Origin: Alphaproteobacteria bacterium
GTDB lineage: Bacteria; Pseudomonadota; Alphaproteobacteria; Acetobacterales; Acetobacteraceae
Direction: 5' to 3'
NCBI GenBank assembly: GCA_026400845.1
Contig: JAPLOH010000053.1
Location: forward strand, 40,411 to 104,410
DNA length: 64,000 nt
The translations under genes and the position numbers were made by a program. Below the pieces are notes generated by a model. That model saw nothing but the letters and a program-made list of their open reading frames with translations. It ran no database searches and was not told the DNA's origin. This document shows, piece by piece, positions 9,138-18,766 of the stretch. The stretch's first letter is position 1, and each line of letters opens with the position of its first letter.

Positions 9138-10412
9138 TCAGGTGTTCATAGCATCAAAGAAATCCTGATTGGTTTTGCTGTATTTCAGCTTGTCCAGCAG
9201 GAAGTCCATCGAATCCATTGGCCCCATCGGGTTGAGGATGCGGCGCAGCACCCACATTTTGCTCAGCGTGCCGCGATCGACCAGGAGTTCTTCCTTGCGG
9301 GTGCCGGATTTGGTGATGTCGATGGCGGGGAAGGTGCGTTTGTCCGACAGTTTGCGATCGAGGATGATTTCGCTGTTACCGGTGCCTTTGAACTCTTCGA
9401 AGATCACTTCGTCCATGCGGCTGCCGGTGTCGATGAGGGCGGTGGCGATGATGGTCAGCGAGCCGCCTTCCTCGATGTTGCGCGCCGCGCCGAAGAAGCG
9501 TTTGGGGCGTTGCAGGGCGTTGGCGTCGACGCCGCCGGTGAGGACTTTGCCGGAGGAGGGGACGACGGTGTTGTAGGCCCGGGCGAGGCGGGTGATGCTG
9601 TCGAGCAGGATCACCACGTCACGCTTGTGTTCGACCAGGCGCTTGGCTTTTTCCAGCACCATTTCGGTGACGGCGACGTGGCGGGTCGGCGGTTCATCGA
9701 AGGTGGAGGCGACGACTTCGCCTTTCACGGTGCGCGACATGTCGGTGACTTCCTCGGGCCGCTCGTCGATGAGCAGGACCATGAGGAAGACTTCGGGGTG
9801 GTTGTTGGCGATCGCGGTGGCGATGTTTTGCAGCATCACGGTTTTGCCGGTGCGCGGGGGGGCGACGATCAGCGCGCGCTGGCCCATGCCGATGGGGGCG
9901 ATGAGGTCGATCACCCGGGGCGTCATGTCCTTCTGCGGGCCTTTGGCGACGGACTGGAAGTTCTCCATTTCCATCTTGAGGCGGCGATCGGGGTAGAGCG
10001 GCGTGAGGTTGTCGAAGTTGATGCGGTGCTTCACCGGGTCGGGCGGGTCGAAGTTGATGGTGTTGAGTTTGAGCAGGGCGAAGTAGCGCTCGCCGTCCTT
10101 GGGCGCGCGGATCTGGCCTTCGACGCTGTCGCCGGTGCGCAGCGCGAAGCGGCGGACCTGGGAGGGCGAGACGTAGATATCGTCGGGGCCCGGGAGGTAG
10201 TTGCTTTCGGCGCTGCGCAGGTAGCCGAAGCCGTCGGGCATGATTTCGAGCGTGCCGGAGCCGAAGACGCTGTGCTCGGCCTCGGCGAGGTTTTTCAGGA
10301 TCGCCACCATCATGTCCTGCTTGCGCAGGGAGGAGGCGTTCTCGATGTTGAGGGATTCGGCGAAACCCAGGAGTTCTGCCGGTGGTTTTGCCTTGAGTTC
10401 GGCGAGATGCAT
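9138..10412 (-). CDS. rho: transcription termination factor Rho
   Basis: 424-aa ORF. N-terminal [33 protein letters not shown], Walker A (PPRTGKT), full-length Rho-like sequence. Confidence 0.97.
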   Translation of the reverse strand: MHLAELKAKPPAELLGFAESLNIENASSLRKQDMMVAILKNLAEAEHSVFGSGTLEIMPDGFGYLRSAESNYLPGPDDIYVSPSQVRRFALRTGDSVEGQIRAPKDGERYFALLKLNTINFDPPDPVKHRINFDNLTPLYPDRRLKMEMENFQSVAKGPQKDMTPRVIDLIAPIGMGQRALIVAPPRTGKTVMLQNIATAIANNHPEVFLMVLLIDERPEEVTDMSRTVKGEVVASTFDEPPTRHVAVTEMVLEKAKRLVEHKRDVVILLDSITRLARAYNTVVPSSGKVLTGGVDANALQRPKRFFGAARNIEEGGSLTIIATALIDTGSRMDEVIFEEFKGTGNSEIILDRKLSDKRTFPAIDITKSGTRKEELLVDRGTLSKMWVLRRILNPMGPMDSMDFLLDKLKYSKTNQDFFDAMNT

Positions 10413-10718
10413 TCGGTCGCCTCAAACATGCCGACGGGCAGGGCCGGTCGGACAGGGGGGATAAGGGGCAGGTTCGAGCGGAATTGGATGGCTCGGTTGC
10501 TGTCCTCGGATCGCGCGGTCCGCGGGGCGGAACGATCGAATAATCGGCGAGGGCAGCACTGTCCCGGAGGGGAGGGGGTCGATCGCGCTTCCAGGGGAGA
10601 GGACGCGAATACGCGCTCGAACACCAATACGGTAGGCGGCGGCGGCCACCGCGTCAACCACCGCATGCACCACGCGACGTTGCATGGCGGTGCGGTCGGC
10701 CGCTAGGCTGCCGATCAA
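10413..10718 (-). promoter_or_regulatory. rho 5' leader/promoter region, C-rich on the transcribed strand (rut-like)
   Basis: The plus strand carries G runs (gggcagggccgg, caggggggataaggggcagg, ggaggggaggggg, ccaggggagagg). The rho-sense RNA is therefore C-rich and G-poor. Confidence 0.3.
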
Positions 10719-10769
10719 ATGCGACGGATTAACCTGATCGCAACATCCGATGGTACAGGGGAAACGCCA

Positions 10770-11519
10770 ATGTCCGGCGCCGGAACGGCACCACTTCAGG
10801 CCAGTGTCGCGATTATCGGGGCTGGGGACTATATCGGGGCAGCGATTGCCCGGCGGTTCGCCGCCGGTGGCTATCTCGTCGTGTGCGGCAGACGCAATGC
10901 AGAGAAGCTTGAACCGCTGGTCGCCGAGATCAACGCGGCGGGTGGACGGGCGATCGGGCTGAAATGCGATACGCGCGTGGAGGCGGAGGTCGCGGAGTTC
11001 CTCGACGCCGCGCATGCCGCGGCGCCGCTGGCAGCGGTGATTTTCAACGTCGGGGGGAATGTGAACTTCCCCATCCTGGAGACCACCGAGCGGGTGTTCC
11101 GCAAGGTGTGGGAGATGGCGTGCTACGGGGGATTCCTCGCCGGGCGGGAAGCGGCGCGGCTGCTGTTGCCACAGGGCCGCGGCAGCATCATCTTCACCGG
11201 CGCCACCGCGAGCCTGCGGGGCGGCAGCGGCTATGCGGCGTTTGCCTCCGCCAAGTTCGGCCTGCGGGCGATCGCGCAGAGCATGGCGCGTGAGTTGGGG
11301 CCGCAGAACATCCATGTCGCGCATCTGGTGATCGATGCCGGCGTCGATACCGCCTGGGTGCGCGAGCGGATCGCCGCGCGCGGGGCGACCGAGCGGCTCG
11401 AGCCCGGGCATCTCGTCGATCCCGCCTCGATCGCCGAGGTCTACTGGCAGTTGCATCACCAGCCGCGCGACGCCTGGACCCATGAGCTCGATGTCCGTCC
11501 TGCGTTGGAGAAATGGTGA
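10770..11519 (+). CDS. SDR family oxidoreductase
   Basis: Track ORF 10719..11519. The likely start is ATG 10770 (MSGAGTAPLQASVAIIGAGDYIGAAIA). Rossmann glycine motif and an SDR-type YxxxK region (YAAFASAKFG). Confidence 0.8.
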   Translation: MSGAGTAPLQASVAIIGAGDYIGAAIARRFAAGGYLVVCGRRNAEKLEPLVAEINAAGGRAIGLKCDTRVEAEVAEFLDAAHAAAPLAAVIFNVGGNVNFPILETTERVFRKVWEMACYGGFLAGREAARLLLPQGRGSIIFTGATASLRGGSGYAAFASAKFGLRAIAQSMARELGPQNIHVAHLVIDAGVDTAWVRERIAARGATERLEPGHLVDPASIAEVYWQLHHQPRDAWTHELDVRPALEKW

Positions 11520-11524
11520 CCGGC

Positions 11525-12130
11525 ATGCGTCCCGTTGAGTTCCACTTCGATTTCGGCAGCCCCAACGCCTATCTGGCACACCGGGTGATCCCGGCGATCG
11601 AAGCGCGGACCGGCGTGCGGTTCCGCTACGTGCCGGTGCTGCTGGGCGGCGTGTTCCGCGCCACCAATAATCGCTCGCCCGGGGAAGCTTTCGCCGGTAT
11701 CCGCAACAAGCCGGAGTATCAGCGGCTGGAGATGCAGCGCTTCATCGCGAGGCACGGGCTCACCGCGTTCCGCCGCAATCCGTATTTCCCGGTGAACACG
11801 CTGCAGATCATGCGCGGCGCGGTGGCGGCAGAGGCGGATGGCTATTTCGCGGCCTATGTCGAGGCGGTCTACCGCGCGATGTGGGAACAGGAGCTGAAGA
11901 TGGACGAGCCCCACATCATCACGGCGGCACTCGATGCCGCCGGGCTCGATGGTGCGCGGACGCTCGCCCGGATCGGGGATGCCGGCGTGAAAGCGGCGCT
12001 GATCGCCAATACGGAAGCCTCGGTCGCCCGCGGCACCTTCGGTTCGCCGACCTTCTTTGTCGGGGAGGAAATCTGGTTCGGCAAGGACAGCCTCCGCGAT
12101 GTCGAGGAGGCGATCCTCGCCGGCCGCTAG
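11525..12130 (+). CDS. 2-hydroxychromene-2-carboxylate isomerase / DsbA-family protein
   Basis: MRPVEFHFDFGSPNAYLAHRV is the typical HCCA-isomerase/DsbA-like N-terminus. About 200 aa. Confidence 0.75.
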   Translation: MRPVEFHFDFGSPNAYLAHRVIPAIEARTGVRFRYVPVLLGGVFRATNNRSPGEAFAGIRNKPEYQRLEMQRFIARHGLTAFRRNPYFPVNTLQIMRGAVAAEADGYFAAYVEAVYRAMWEQELKMDEPHIITAALDAAGLDGARTLARIGDAGVKAALIANTEASVARGTFGSPTFFVGEEIWFGKDSLRDVEEAILAGR

Positions 12131-13098
12131 GCGGCGCGGAGTGCCGCCCCGGCGAGCCGCCCGCCGAGATACTCCGCCAGCGCGCCCATGCCGGAGCGGT
12201 TGGTGCCGCTGATGCCGGCCCGGGATTCCGCGTCGGGGTTGTAGTTGGTGTTGGTGTTCACGTCGTAGACCAGCGGCCCGCCATCTGGCCCGGTGATGAA
12301 CTCGATCCCGGCGACGTCGATCCCGGCGATCTCCAGGAACGCTTCGAGCTGACGGCGGAAGCCGGGTTCGATGCCGTCAATCACGGTGAACTTGTGTTCC
12401 GGCCGGCCCTCCACTTCCCCCACAGGGCAGGCGGCCTCGCCGATCGCGCAGACATCGGCGGGGCAGAGTTCGAACCCCTCGCTGGTGTCGACCTCCACCG
12501 CGTAGGTGAAGCGCCGGCCGGTGAATTCGGCGCGGGTGATCACCGGGCGCGGCGCGCGGATATAGGCCTGGAGCAACTGGATGCCGTCGACCGGTTCGAC
12601 GTAGCCATCCCCAGCCACGTAGTCGCGCAGCCCCGCAATGGTGTGGAAGAGTTGCACGCCATGGCCCTTGCCGCCGCGGTTGGGTTTGAGGATCACGGGT
12701 TCGCCGGCGAAATAGCGTTCGGCCGCCGCGACGATCTCATTGCGCCCGGCGACCACGACGGTGCGCGGAGTATGCAGCCCGGCGGTTTCCAGCGCGGCGT
12801 ATTGGCGAACCTTGCTGATTTCGAGATCGAGCGCCCGCGGGCCATTCACCACCACACGGCCCCAGCGGGTCAGCCACGCCAGCACACTCGCTGTGTACTC
12901 GGCGGAGAAACGATGATCGCGGGTGTGCGAACTCGCGCTCATGCGGTTGTAGAATACGCCTTCCGGCGGTGGGGCAGCAAAGTCGATCGCGCCGGTGTGG
13001 AGGAACATCTCCGCCCAAGGGAGTCCGCGCCGGTCCAGTGCCTCGGCAAGCGGAGGCAGCCAGGCGGGGTTTTCGTGGATGACATGGATGCGGCTCAT
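12127..13098 (-). CDS. ATP-grasp domain protein (RimK-like ligase family)
   Basis: 323-aa ORF with an ATP-grasp-like core (PVILKPNRGGKGHGVQLF ... GIEFI ... VYDVNTNTNY). Confidence 0.7.
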   Translation of the reverse strand: MSRIHVIHENPAWLPPLAEALDRRGLPWAEMFLHTGAIDFAAPPPEGVFYNRMSASSHTRDHRFSAEYTASVLAWLTRWGRVVVNGPRALDLEISKVRQYAALETAGLHTPRTVVVAGRNEIVAAAERYFAGEPVILKPNRGGKGHGVQLFHTIAGLRDYVAGDGYVEPVDGIQLLQAYIRAPRPVITRAEFTGRRFTYAVEVDTSEGFELCPADVCAIGEAACPVGEVEGRPEHKFTVIDGIEPGFRRQLEAFLEIAGIDVAGIEFITGPDGGPLVYDVNTNTNYNPDAESRAGISGTNRSGMGALAEYLGGRLAGAALRAA

Positions 13099-13286
13099 GG
13101 TTTGGGTCCCGCCGGTCTGGCGGTTCGGCTTGAGCGCCGGCGCCGCTGGTCAGGCGCAAAAATGAGGTGTCCGGCTTGTTGTGTAAATGAAATGGAGACC
13201 CAAAGAATCAGCCCACAACAGTGGTTCCATGCTCCCGGAGCGTTCCCAGAGAGAATTCTGTTCTCACCGGGATATCTGGGGGTGAT

Positions 13287-13733
13287 TCAGCCTTCGCCGG
13301 GTCGCCGTGTCCGCCACATCTGGGTGCGCAGATCGGGATGCGGGCCGAAGCCGAAGCTGGCGTAGAGGCCGTGCGCGTCGTCGGTGCTGAGGCTCCAGCG
13401 ACTGATGGTTTGCACGTCTGGATGCGCTAAAATCGCCGCCATCAGCGCCTTGCCAAGACCGCGGCCGCGATGGGCCGGCAACACGTAGACGTCGGAGAGA
13501 TGGGCCGCGGTGGTACGGTCGGTGACGAGACGGGCGAAGCCGGCCTGGCTGCCGTCGGGCGCATAGAGGCCGAAGCAGAGGGAGTTGGCCAGTGCGCGCT
13601 CGACGGTCGCCCGGTCACGCCCACGGGCCCAGTAGCTGTCCTCGCTGATGAACCGATGGATCGACGCTATATCGAGGCGGTCCTGTGCGTCGCTGATCTC
13701 GTAGCCATCAGGGAGGGCAACGCGATAGGGCAT
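13287..13733 (-). CDS. GNAT family N-acetyltransferase
   Basis: Track ORF 13287..13931. The likely start is the ATG overlapping the hemJ stop (MPYRVALPDGY). Acetyl-CoA binding motif (VLPAHRGRGLGKALM). Confidence 0.75.
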   Translation of the reverse strand: MPYRVALPDGYEISDAQDRLDIASIHRFISEDSYWARGRDRATVERALANSLCFGLYAPDGSQAGFARLVTDRTTAAHLSDVYVLPAHRGRGLGKALMAAILAHPDVQTISRWSLSTDDAHGLYASFGFGPHPDLRTQMWRTRRPGEG

Positions 13734-14185
13734 CAGAATGGCCGCACGATCACCATGATGACGATGACGAACATCAGCAGGGTCGGGACTTCGTTGGCGA
13801 TGCGGTAATAGCGCTGCGGCCGGGTGTTGCGGTCCTCCATGAAGTCGCGCCGCCAGACCACGAGTTTCCCGTGAAACGCACTCATTGCCAGCACACCAGC
13901 GAGCTTCACCCAGGGCCAGATACTCGACCAATCGATCACGCCGGGGGTCAGCACCAGCAGCAGGCCGAAAATCCAGGTCGCGATCATCGCGGGGTTGATG
14001 ATCTGCTTCAGCAGGCGCCGCTCCATCACTTTCATGCGTTCGCTCTCGGCGCTGCCGGGGTGGACCATGCAGTGATAGACGAAAAGGCGCGGCAGATAGA
14101 ACATGCCGGCCATCCAGGCGATCACGCTCATCACGTGGAACGCCTTCACCCAGAGATAGGTGTGGGCGAGGAACCCGAGGGTCAT
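13733..14185 (-). CDS. hemJ: protoporphyrinogen IX oxidase HemJ (UPF0093/CopD-like membrane protein)
   Basis: 150 aa, multi-TM. FHVMSVIAWMAGMFYLPRLFVYH fits the HemJ family pattern. Located in the hemE-hemH cluster. Confidence 0.8.
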   Translation of the reverse strand: MTLGFLAHTYLWVKAFHVMSVIAWMAGMFYLPRLFVYHCMVHPGSAESERMKVMERRLLKQIINPAMIATWIFGLLLVLTPGVIDWSSIWPWVKLAGVLAMSAFHGKLVVWRRDFMEDRNTRPQRYYRIANEVPTLLMFVIVIMVIVRPF

Positions 14186-14871
14186 CGCGGAGCCGCCGCG
14201 ATCAGGGCTGGCAGGTCGAACATCGAGGTGAACAGATGCGCGCCGACCTCCCGGAGGCGGGGATCATCGCCGTGCGGCGCAAATCCAAGACACGGCATTC
14301 CGGCCGCGGCGGCGGCCCGCGCACCGGTGACGCTGTCCTCGATCACCACGCAGTCCATAGGCGCGACACCTTCGGCAGCCGCCGCCGCGAGGAACAGGTC
14401 GGGCGCCGGCTTGCCCTCGGCGACATCGGTGTAGGAGTGCAGCCGGCCCGCGACCATCGTGGAAATGTCCATGGCCGAGAATTTGGCCGCCATTTCCGCA
14501 TGGCTTGAATTGGAGGCGACGCGCCACGGCAGGCCCAGCACGGAGATTGCCCGAAGTGCTTCGACGGCGCCCGAGATCGGGCGCAGTTCGCGCCCGAAGG
14601 CCTCGATCAGCCGACCGGTCAGCCGCTCCACCCAGTCCCGAGGGAGTTCACGGCCAAGGTCCGCCTCGATCATCGGCACCATGGCCTCAAGGTTGAACCC
14701 GACGAAGCGCCGCACGCACTCCTCGGGGGTGATCGCAAGTCGCGCCTCGGAGATCATTTCGGCCGATACACGGTTAGCAAGCGGTTCGCTGTCGGCGAGC
14801 ACGCCATCGCAGTCGAAAATCACCAGGCGAAGCGGCGAAGCGCGGCCGGACATGAATTCAAGAGCGGTCAT
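14182..14871 (-). CDS. HAD family hydrolase (phosphatase, beta-phosphoglucomutase-like)
   Basis: Track ORF 14182..15192. The likely start is the ATG at 14871 (MTALEF), overlapping the hemH stop. HAD motif I (VIFDCDGVLADSE) and motif IV (VIEDSVTGARAA). Confidence 0.8.
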   Translation of the reverse strand: MTALEFMSGRASPLRLVIFDCDGVLADSEPLANRVSAEMISEARLAITPEECVRRFVGFNLEAMVPMIEADLGRELPRDWVERLTGRLIEAFGRELRPISGAVEALRAISVLGLPWRVASNSSHAEMAAKFSAMDISTMVAGRLHSYTDVAEGKPAPDLFLAAAAAEGVAPMDCVVIEDSVTGARAAAAAGMPCLGFAPHGDDPRLREVGAHLFTSMFDLPALIAAAPR

Positions 14872-15923
14872 GCTGCCTTCTCCAGCCCGGCAAGCCGGTG
14901 CGGACAATCGCGGTGTTTGTCCGGGCATATGGCGCCCGCGGCACAGAGGCCGGGGCCGCGTCCACGGCGTACGAGTCCGGCAAGTGCCCCGATGAACCCA
15001 GGGTCTGAGTTCGCTGCGGGCACCCGGTAATACGCTGCTACACCGAGCTTGTGGGCGAGTTCGCGATACTCCACATCCAATTCCACCAGGGTTTCGGAAT
15101 GCTCCGACACAAACGCGATCGGCACCACCGCGACGGCGGTCTTGTCGTGCGCCGCGCGTTCCAGTTCCTCCTCGGTGGACGGGCCGATCCATTTTTGCGG
15201 CGTGGCGCGGGACTGGTAGCAGATCGCTGCATCGAGGCCGGGGATGCCCAGTGCCGCGATCACCGCAGCAACCGTCTGCTCTATCTGATGCTGATAGGGG
15301 TCGCCCCTGGTGACGATAACCTCGGGCAGGCCATGAGCCGAAAACAGGACCCGCAGTTTTCCATCCGGGCCGAGTTCGGCGCGGGCGGCATCATACGTGC
15401 CACGCACCAGGGCGGCCATTGCGGCTACATAGGCGGGGTCGCCATGGTAGCAGCACAGCGAGGTGACCGGCTTCATCAGCCCAATCTTCGAGGCCGCCTC
15501 GCGCCAGGCGGTCAGCGAGCTGCCAGTCGTGGTGGTGGAGTAGTGGGGATAGAGCGGCAGCAGCATGATCTCGTCGGGGTCCCAGGCCAGCACTTCCCTG
15601 GCGGTCTGCTCGCTGAAAGGATGCCAGTAGCGCATTGCGACGAAACACTTGGCGTCGATCTCCGGCAACGCGGCCTCAAGTGCCGCTCCCTGCGCCACAG
15701 TAAGTTCCAGCAGTGGCGACTTGCCACCAAGCAGAGCGTAATTCTCGGTCGCCGGCTTGACCCGGGCACGAGCAATGATCCGTGCCAGGAACGGGCGAAC
15801 GAAGAACGGAACACGCAGGATTGCCGGGTCCCGAAAGAGATTCAGCAGGAAGGGCTTGATCGCCTCGGGCCGGTCGGGGCCGCCGAGGTTGAACAGGACG
15901 ATGGCAATCTTGGGTTTACGCAT
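14868..15923 (-). CDS. hemH: ferrochelatase
   Basis: Track ORF 14868..15992. The likely start is MRKPKIAIVLFNLGGPD (ATG 15923). Ferrochelatase-like throughout (LPLYPHYSTTTTGS). Confidence 0.9.
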   Translation of the reverse strand: MRKPKIAIVLFNLGGPDRPEAIKPFLLNLFRDPAILRVPFFVRPFLARIIARARVKPATENYALLGGKSPLLELTVAQGAALEAALPEIDAKCFVAMRYWHPFSEQTAREVLAWDPDEIMLLPLYPHYSTTTTGSSLTAWREAASKIGLMKPVTSLCCYHGDPAYVAAMAALVRGTYDAARAELGPDGKLRVLFSAHGLPEVIVTRGDPYQHQIEQTVAAVIAALGIPGLDAAICYQSRATPQKWIGPSTEEELERAAHDKTAVAVVPIAFVSEHSETLVELDVEYRELAHKLGVAAYYRVPAANSDPGFIGALAGLVRRGRGPGLCAAGAICPDKHRDCPHRLAGLEKAA

Positions 15924-15954
15924 GCCGCCAGAGATGGCCCCCCGCGCCGCGCCG

Positions 15955-16983
15955 TCAACCACCCCGGACCGCCGCCACCAGCGCGGCGACATGCTCAGGG
16001 GGGGTCTGCTTCACGATGCCATGGCCAAGATTGAATACATGCGGCCGGCCACGCAGGGCTGCGGTGATGCGCTTCGCCCCCTCCACCATCGGTGCACCGC
16101 CGGCCAGCAGCGCGAGAGGATCGAGATTGCCTTGCAGGGCGATATGCGCCGGCACCAGCTTGGCCATTGCCGCCGGGTCCATCGAGGTGTCCATCGCAAC
16201 CGCCTGCACGCCGGTCTGCGCGGCATATTCGCCCAGCAACATACCGGCGAGACGGGGGAAGCCGATCAGCGGCACATGGGGATGGCTCTCGCGCAGTGCG
16301 GCGGCGATCCGCGCGGTCGGCGCGATCACCCAGCGGCGAAACTCGTCGGGTGGCAGCATGCCAGCCCAGCTGTCGAACAGCATCAGCGCCTCCGCCCCGG
16401 CATCGGCCTGGCCGCGGAGATAAACGAGATTGCCCTCGACGATGATATCGATCAGCCGGCCAAACAGTGCCGGATCGGCGTAGGCCATGCCCCGCGCGGC
16501 GGCGAATTCGCGCGAACCGTGACCCTCCACCATGTAGCAGGCGACCGTGAAGGCGCCGCCGGTAAAACCGATCAGCGTGGCGTCTCCGAGTTGCTCGCGC
16601 ACCCGGCGCACCGTTTCCCACACCGGCGCCACGGCATCGGCGACGCGGTCAACCCGCAGCCGGTCGACCCCGGCGCGATCGCGGATCGGTGTCAGCACCG
16701 GGCCTTCACCCTCGGCGTAGCGAAGGTCCTGGCCCAAGGCCCAGGAGACGATCGGCAGATCACTGAACAGGATGGCGCCATCCATCCCGAAGCGGCGCAG
16801 CGGCTGCAACGTGATTTCGGCCGCGAGGGCTGGGTTGAGACAGAGCTTGAGGAAGTCCCCGGCTTCGGCGCGCAGGGCACGATATTCCGGCAGATAGCGC
16901 CCGGCCTGACGCATCAACCAGATCGGCGGCGGCCAAACCGCCTCGCCCGCCAGAACCCGCAAAATCGTCTTCGCCATACCCAT
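15955..16983 (-). CDS. hemE: uroporphyrinogen decarboxylase
   Basis: 342 aa. PPIWLMRQAGRYLPEYR signature. Full-length HemE-like sequence. Confidence 0.95.
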   Translation of the reverse strand: MGMAKTILRVLAGEAVWPPPIWLMRQAGRYLPEYRALRAEAGDFLKLCLNPALAAEITLQPLRRFGMDGAILFSDLPIVSWALGQDLRYAEGEGPVLTPIRDRAGVDRLRVDRVADAVAPVWETVRRVREQLGDATLIGFTGGAFTVACYMVEGHGSREFAAARGMAYADPALFGRLIDIIVEGNLVYLRGQADAGAEALMLFDSWAGMLPPDEFRRWVIAPTARIAAALRESHPHVPLIGFPRLAGMLLGEYAAQTGVQAVAMDTSMDPAAMAKLVPAHIALQGNLDPLALLAGGAPMVEGAKRITAALRGRPHVFNLGHGIVKQTPPEHVAALVAAVRGG

Positions 16984-17212
16984 ACCCGCTCCGTACCCAA
17001 CGCCCTTCTACCAGATAAAAGAGTTCTTAAGAGAGTGGCTGTAGTGAGTGGGGCCTGTGGAAATCGGGGTATCTTGTCGGTATCCTCGTTTGCCCAGAAG
17101 CGCGACGACGCCGGTCCCCCGACGGCGAGGAAGTACTCTTCATCCCCGCTGATCGTGAACCAGTGGCGGCACGGGGCTGCCAATCCCGGTTATCCCCGCT
17201 ATTCTCCGCGCC
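16984..17212. other. candidate chromosomal replication origin region (hemE / DUF299 intergenic)
   Basis: Divergent intergenic region in the position occupied by Cori in Caulobacter. DnaA-box-like 9-mers: ttatccccg (17190-17198) and atttccaca (complement of 17056-17064). Repeated atccccgct at 17142 and 17192. A short AT-rich patch at 17011-17035. Confidence 0.35.
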
Positions 17213-18088
17213 ATGCCAAACCAGAACAAGCTGAACCAGCACAACCTGCACCTGGTGTCCGATTCCACTGGCGATACCCTGAACACCGTGGCCCGCGCTG
17301 CGGTGGCGCAGTTCGAGGACTCGCAGATCGTCTATCATCGCTGGAGTCTGATCCGCACCCGCTTCCAACTCCATCGTGTGATCGAGGGCATCGAGTCCGA
17401 GCCCGGGCCGGTGCTATCGACATTGATGGAAAAGGGCTTGCGGACCGAACTCGAAATGGCGTGCCAGCGCCTCGGCCAGCCCGTCGTGCATGTGCTGGAT
17501 CCGGTGTTCAGCGTGTTCCAGCAGCATTTCGGCGAACAGGCCTCGGCCCGCGTCGGCCGGCAATACGTGCTCGATTCCGACTACTTCAAACGTATTGACG
17601 CCATCCACTACGTGCTTGCCCATGATGACGGCCAGGCCCAGGCCGGCATCGAGGAGGCGGATGTCATCCTCGTCGGGGTCTCCCGTAGTTCCAAAACGCC
17701 TACCTGCTTCTATCTCGCCAATCGCGGCATCAAGGCGGCCAACGTGCCGCTGGTGCCGGCGTTGGGCGAGCCCGAGGTGCTGGCCAACCCGCACTGCCCG
17801 GTGATCGGCCTGACCATCGATGCCGAGGTCTTGATCGACATCCGCCGCCATCGGCTGCGCATGATCGGCGGCAACCATGCGCCGGCGCCGCGGCATGACA
17901 GCGGCGAATATGTCGATCAGGACGCCGTCAAGGCCGAGATTCTGTGGGTTCGTCGGCTTTGCACCCGCCGCGGCTGGCCGGTCATCGATGTAACCCGCCG
18001 TTCCATCGAGGAGACCGCGGCAACGGTCGTGCAATTGATCGACGCCTGGCACAATCGCCGCCAGAAGGCCGCCGAGGCACCGCCATGA
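17213..18088 (+). CDS. pyruvate, phosphate dikinase / PEP synthase regulatory protein (DUF299 kinase/pyrophosphorylase)
   Basis: 291 aa. [13 protein letters not shown]-terminus and P-loop GVSRSSKTP are typical of the PpsR/PDRP family. Confidence 0.85.
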   Translation: MPNQNKLNQHNLHLVSDSTGDTLNTVARAAVAQFEDSQIVYHRWSLIRTRFQLHRVIEGIESEPGPVLSTLMEKGLRTELEMACQRLGQPVVHVLDPVFSVFQQHFGEQASARVGRQYVLDSDYFKRIDAIHYVLAHDDGQAQAGIEEADVILVGVSRSSKTPTCFYLANRGIKAANVPLVPALGEPEVLANPHCPVIGLTIDAEVLIDIRRHRLRMIGGNHAPAPRHDSGEYVDQDAVKAEILWVRRLCTRRGWPVIDVTRRSIEETAATVVQLIDAWHNRRQKAAEAPP

Positions 18089-18699
18089 TGCTGCAATCCG
18101 CGGAGCCCCGCCTTGTGTTGGCAAGCGCGTCGTCCGCCCGCCACGCGGTGCTCACCGCTGCGGGCCTGCGTTTCGAGGTGAAGGCAGCGGCGATCGACGA
18201 GGCGGAGATCAAGCGTTCCGCCCGTGCGGACGGGATGTCGGCCGAGGATACCGCCCTGCTGCTGGCCGAACTCAAGGCCACCCGCATCGCCACGCGCGAT
18301 CCCGACGCGTTGGTGATTGGTTGTGACCAGTTGCTGGTTTGCGGGGATGTCTGGTTTGACAAGCCGACGGGCGTCGCGGGCGCACGCGAGCAACTCGTGG
18401 CCTTGCGCGGCAAGACCCATACGTTGGTCACCGCGGTTCTGTGCCTGCGCCAGGGCCAACGAATATGGCACAATGTTGCCAAGCCGCGGCTACGGATGCG
18501 GCCATTCTCCGACGCTTTCCTCGATGCCTATCTCGCGGCTGAGGCCGATCACGTGACCAGCACCGTTGGCGCCTACCGGTTGGAAGGGCCAGGTGTGCAG
18601 TTGTTCGATACGGTGGAAGGTGAACACGCTGCGATCCTTGGATTGCCGCTGCTGTCGCTGCTTGGCTTCCTCCGTCAGCATGGGATACTACCGGCCTAG
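18085..18699 (+). CDS. maf: Maf-like nucleoside triphosphate pyrophosphatase
   Basis: Track ORF 17944..18699. The likely start is ATG 18085 ([19 protein letters not shown]), overlapping the upstream stop. Maf family pattern. Confidence 0.85.
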   Translation: MMLQSAEPRLVLASASSARHAVLTAAGLRFEVKAAAIDEAEIKRSARADGMSAEDTALLLAELKATRIATRDPDALVIGCDQLLVCGDVWFDKPTGVAGAREQLVALRGKTHTLVTAVLCLRQGQRIWHNVAKPRLRMRPFSDAFLDAYLAAEADHVTSTVGAYRLEGPGVQLFDTVEGEHAAILGLPLLSLLGFLRQHGILPA

Positions 18700-18766
18700 A
18701 TTGGTATAGCGCCGACACAGCCGATCGGACTTACCCGTCAGACCAATCTGCGGGCATGCTTCCATC

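Noticed and set aside
17011-17035. CtrA binding sites (TTAA-N7-TTAA) in the candidate origin
   Set aside because: Only a single TTAA is present (in gagttcttaagag) with no partner half-site at the correct spacing. No CtrA box is claimed.
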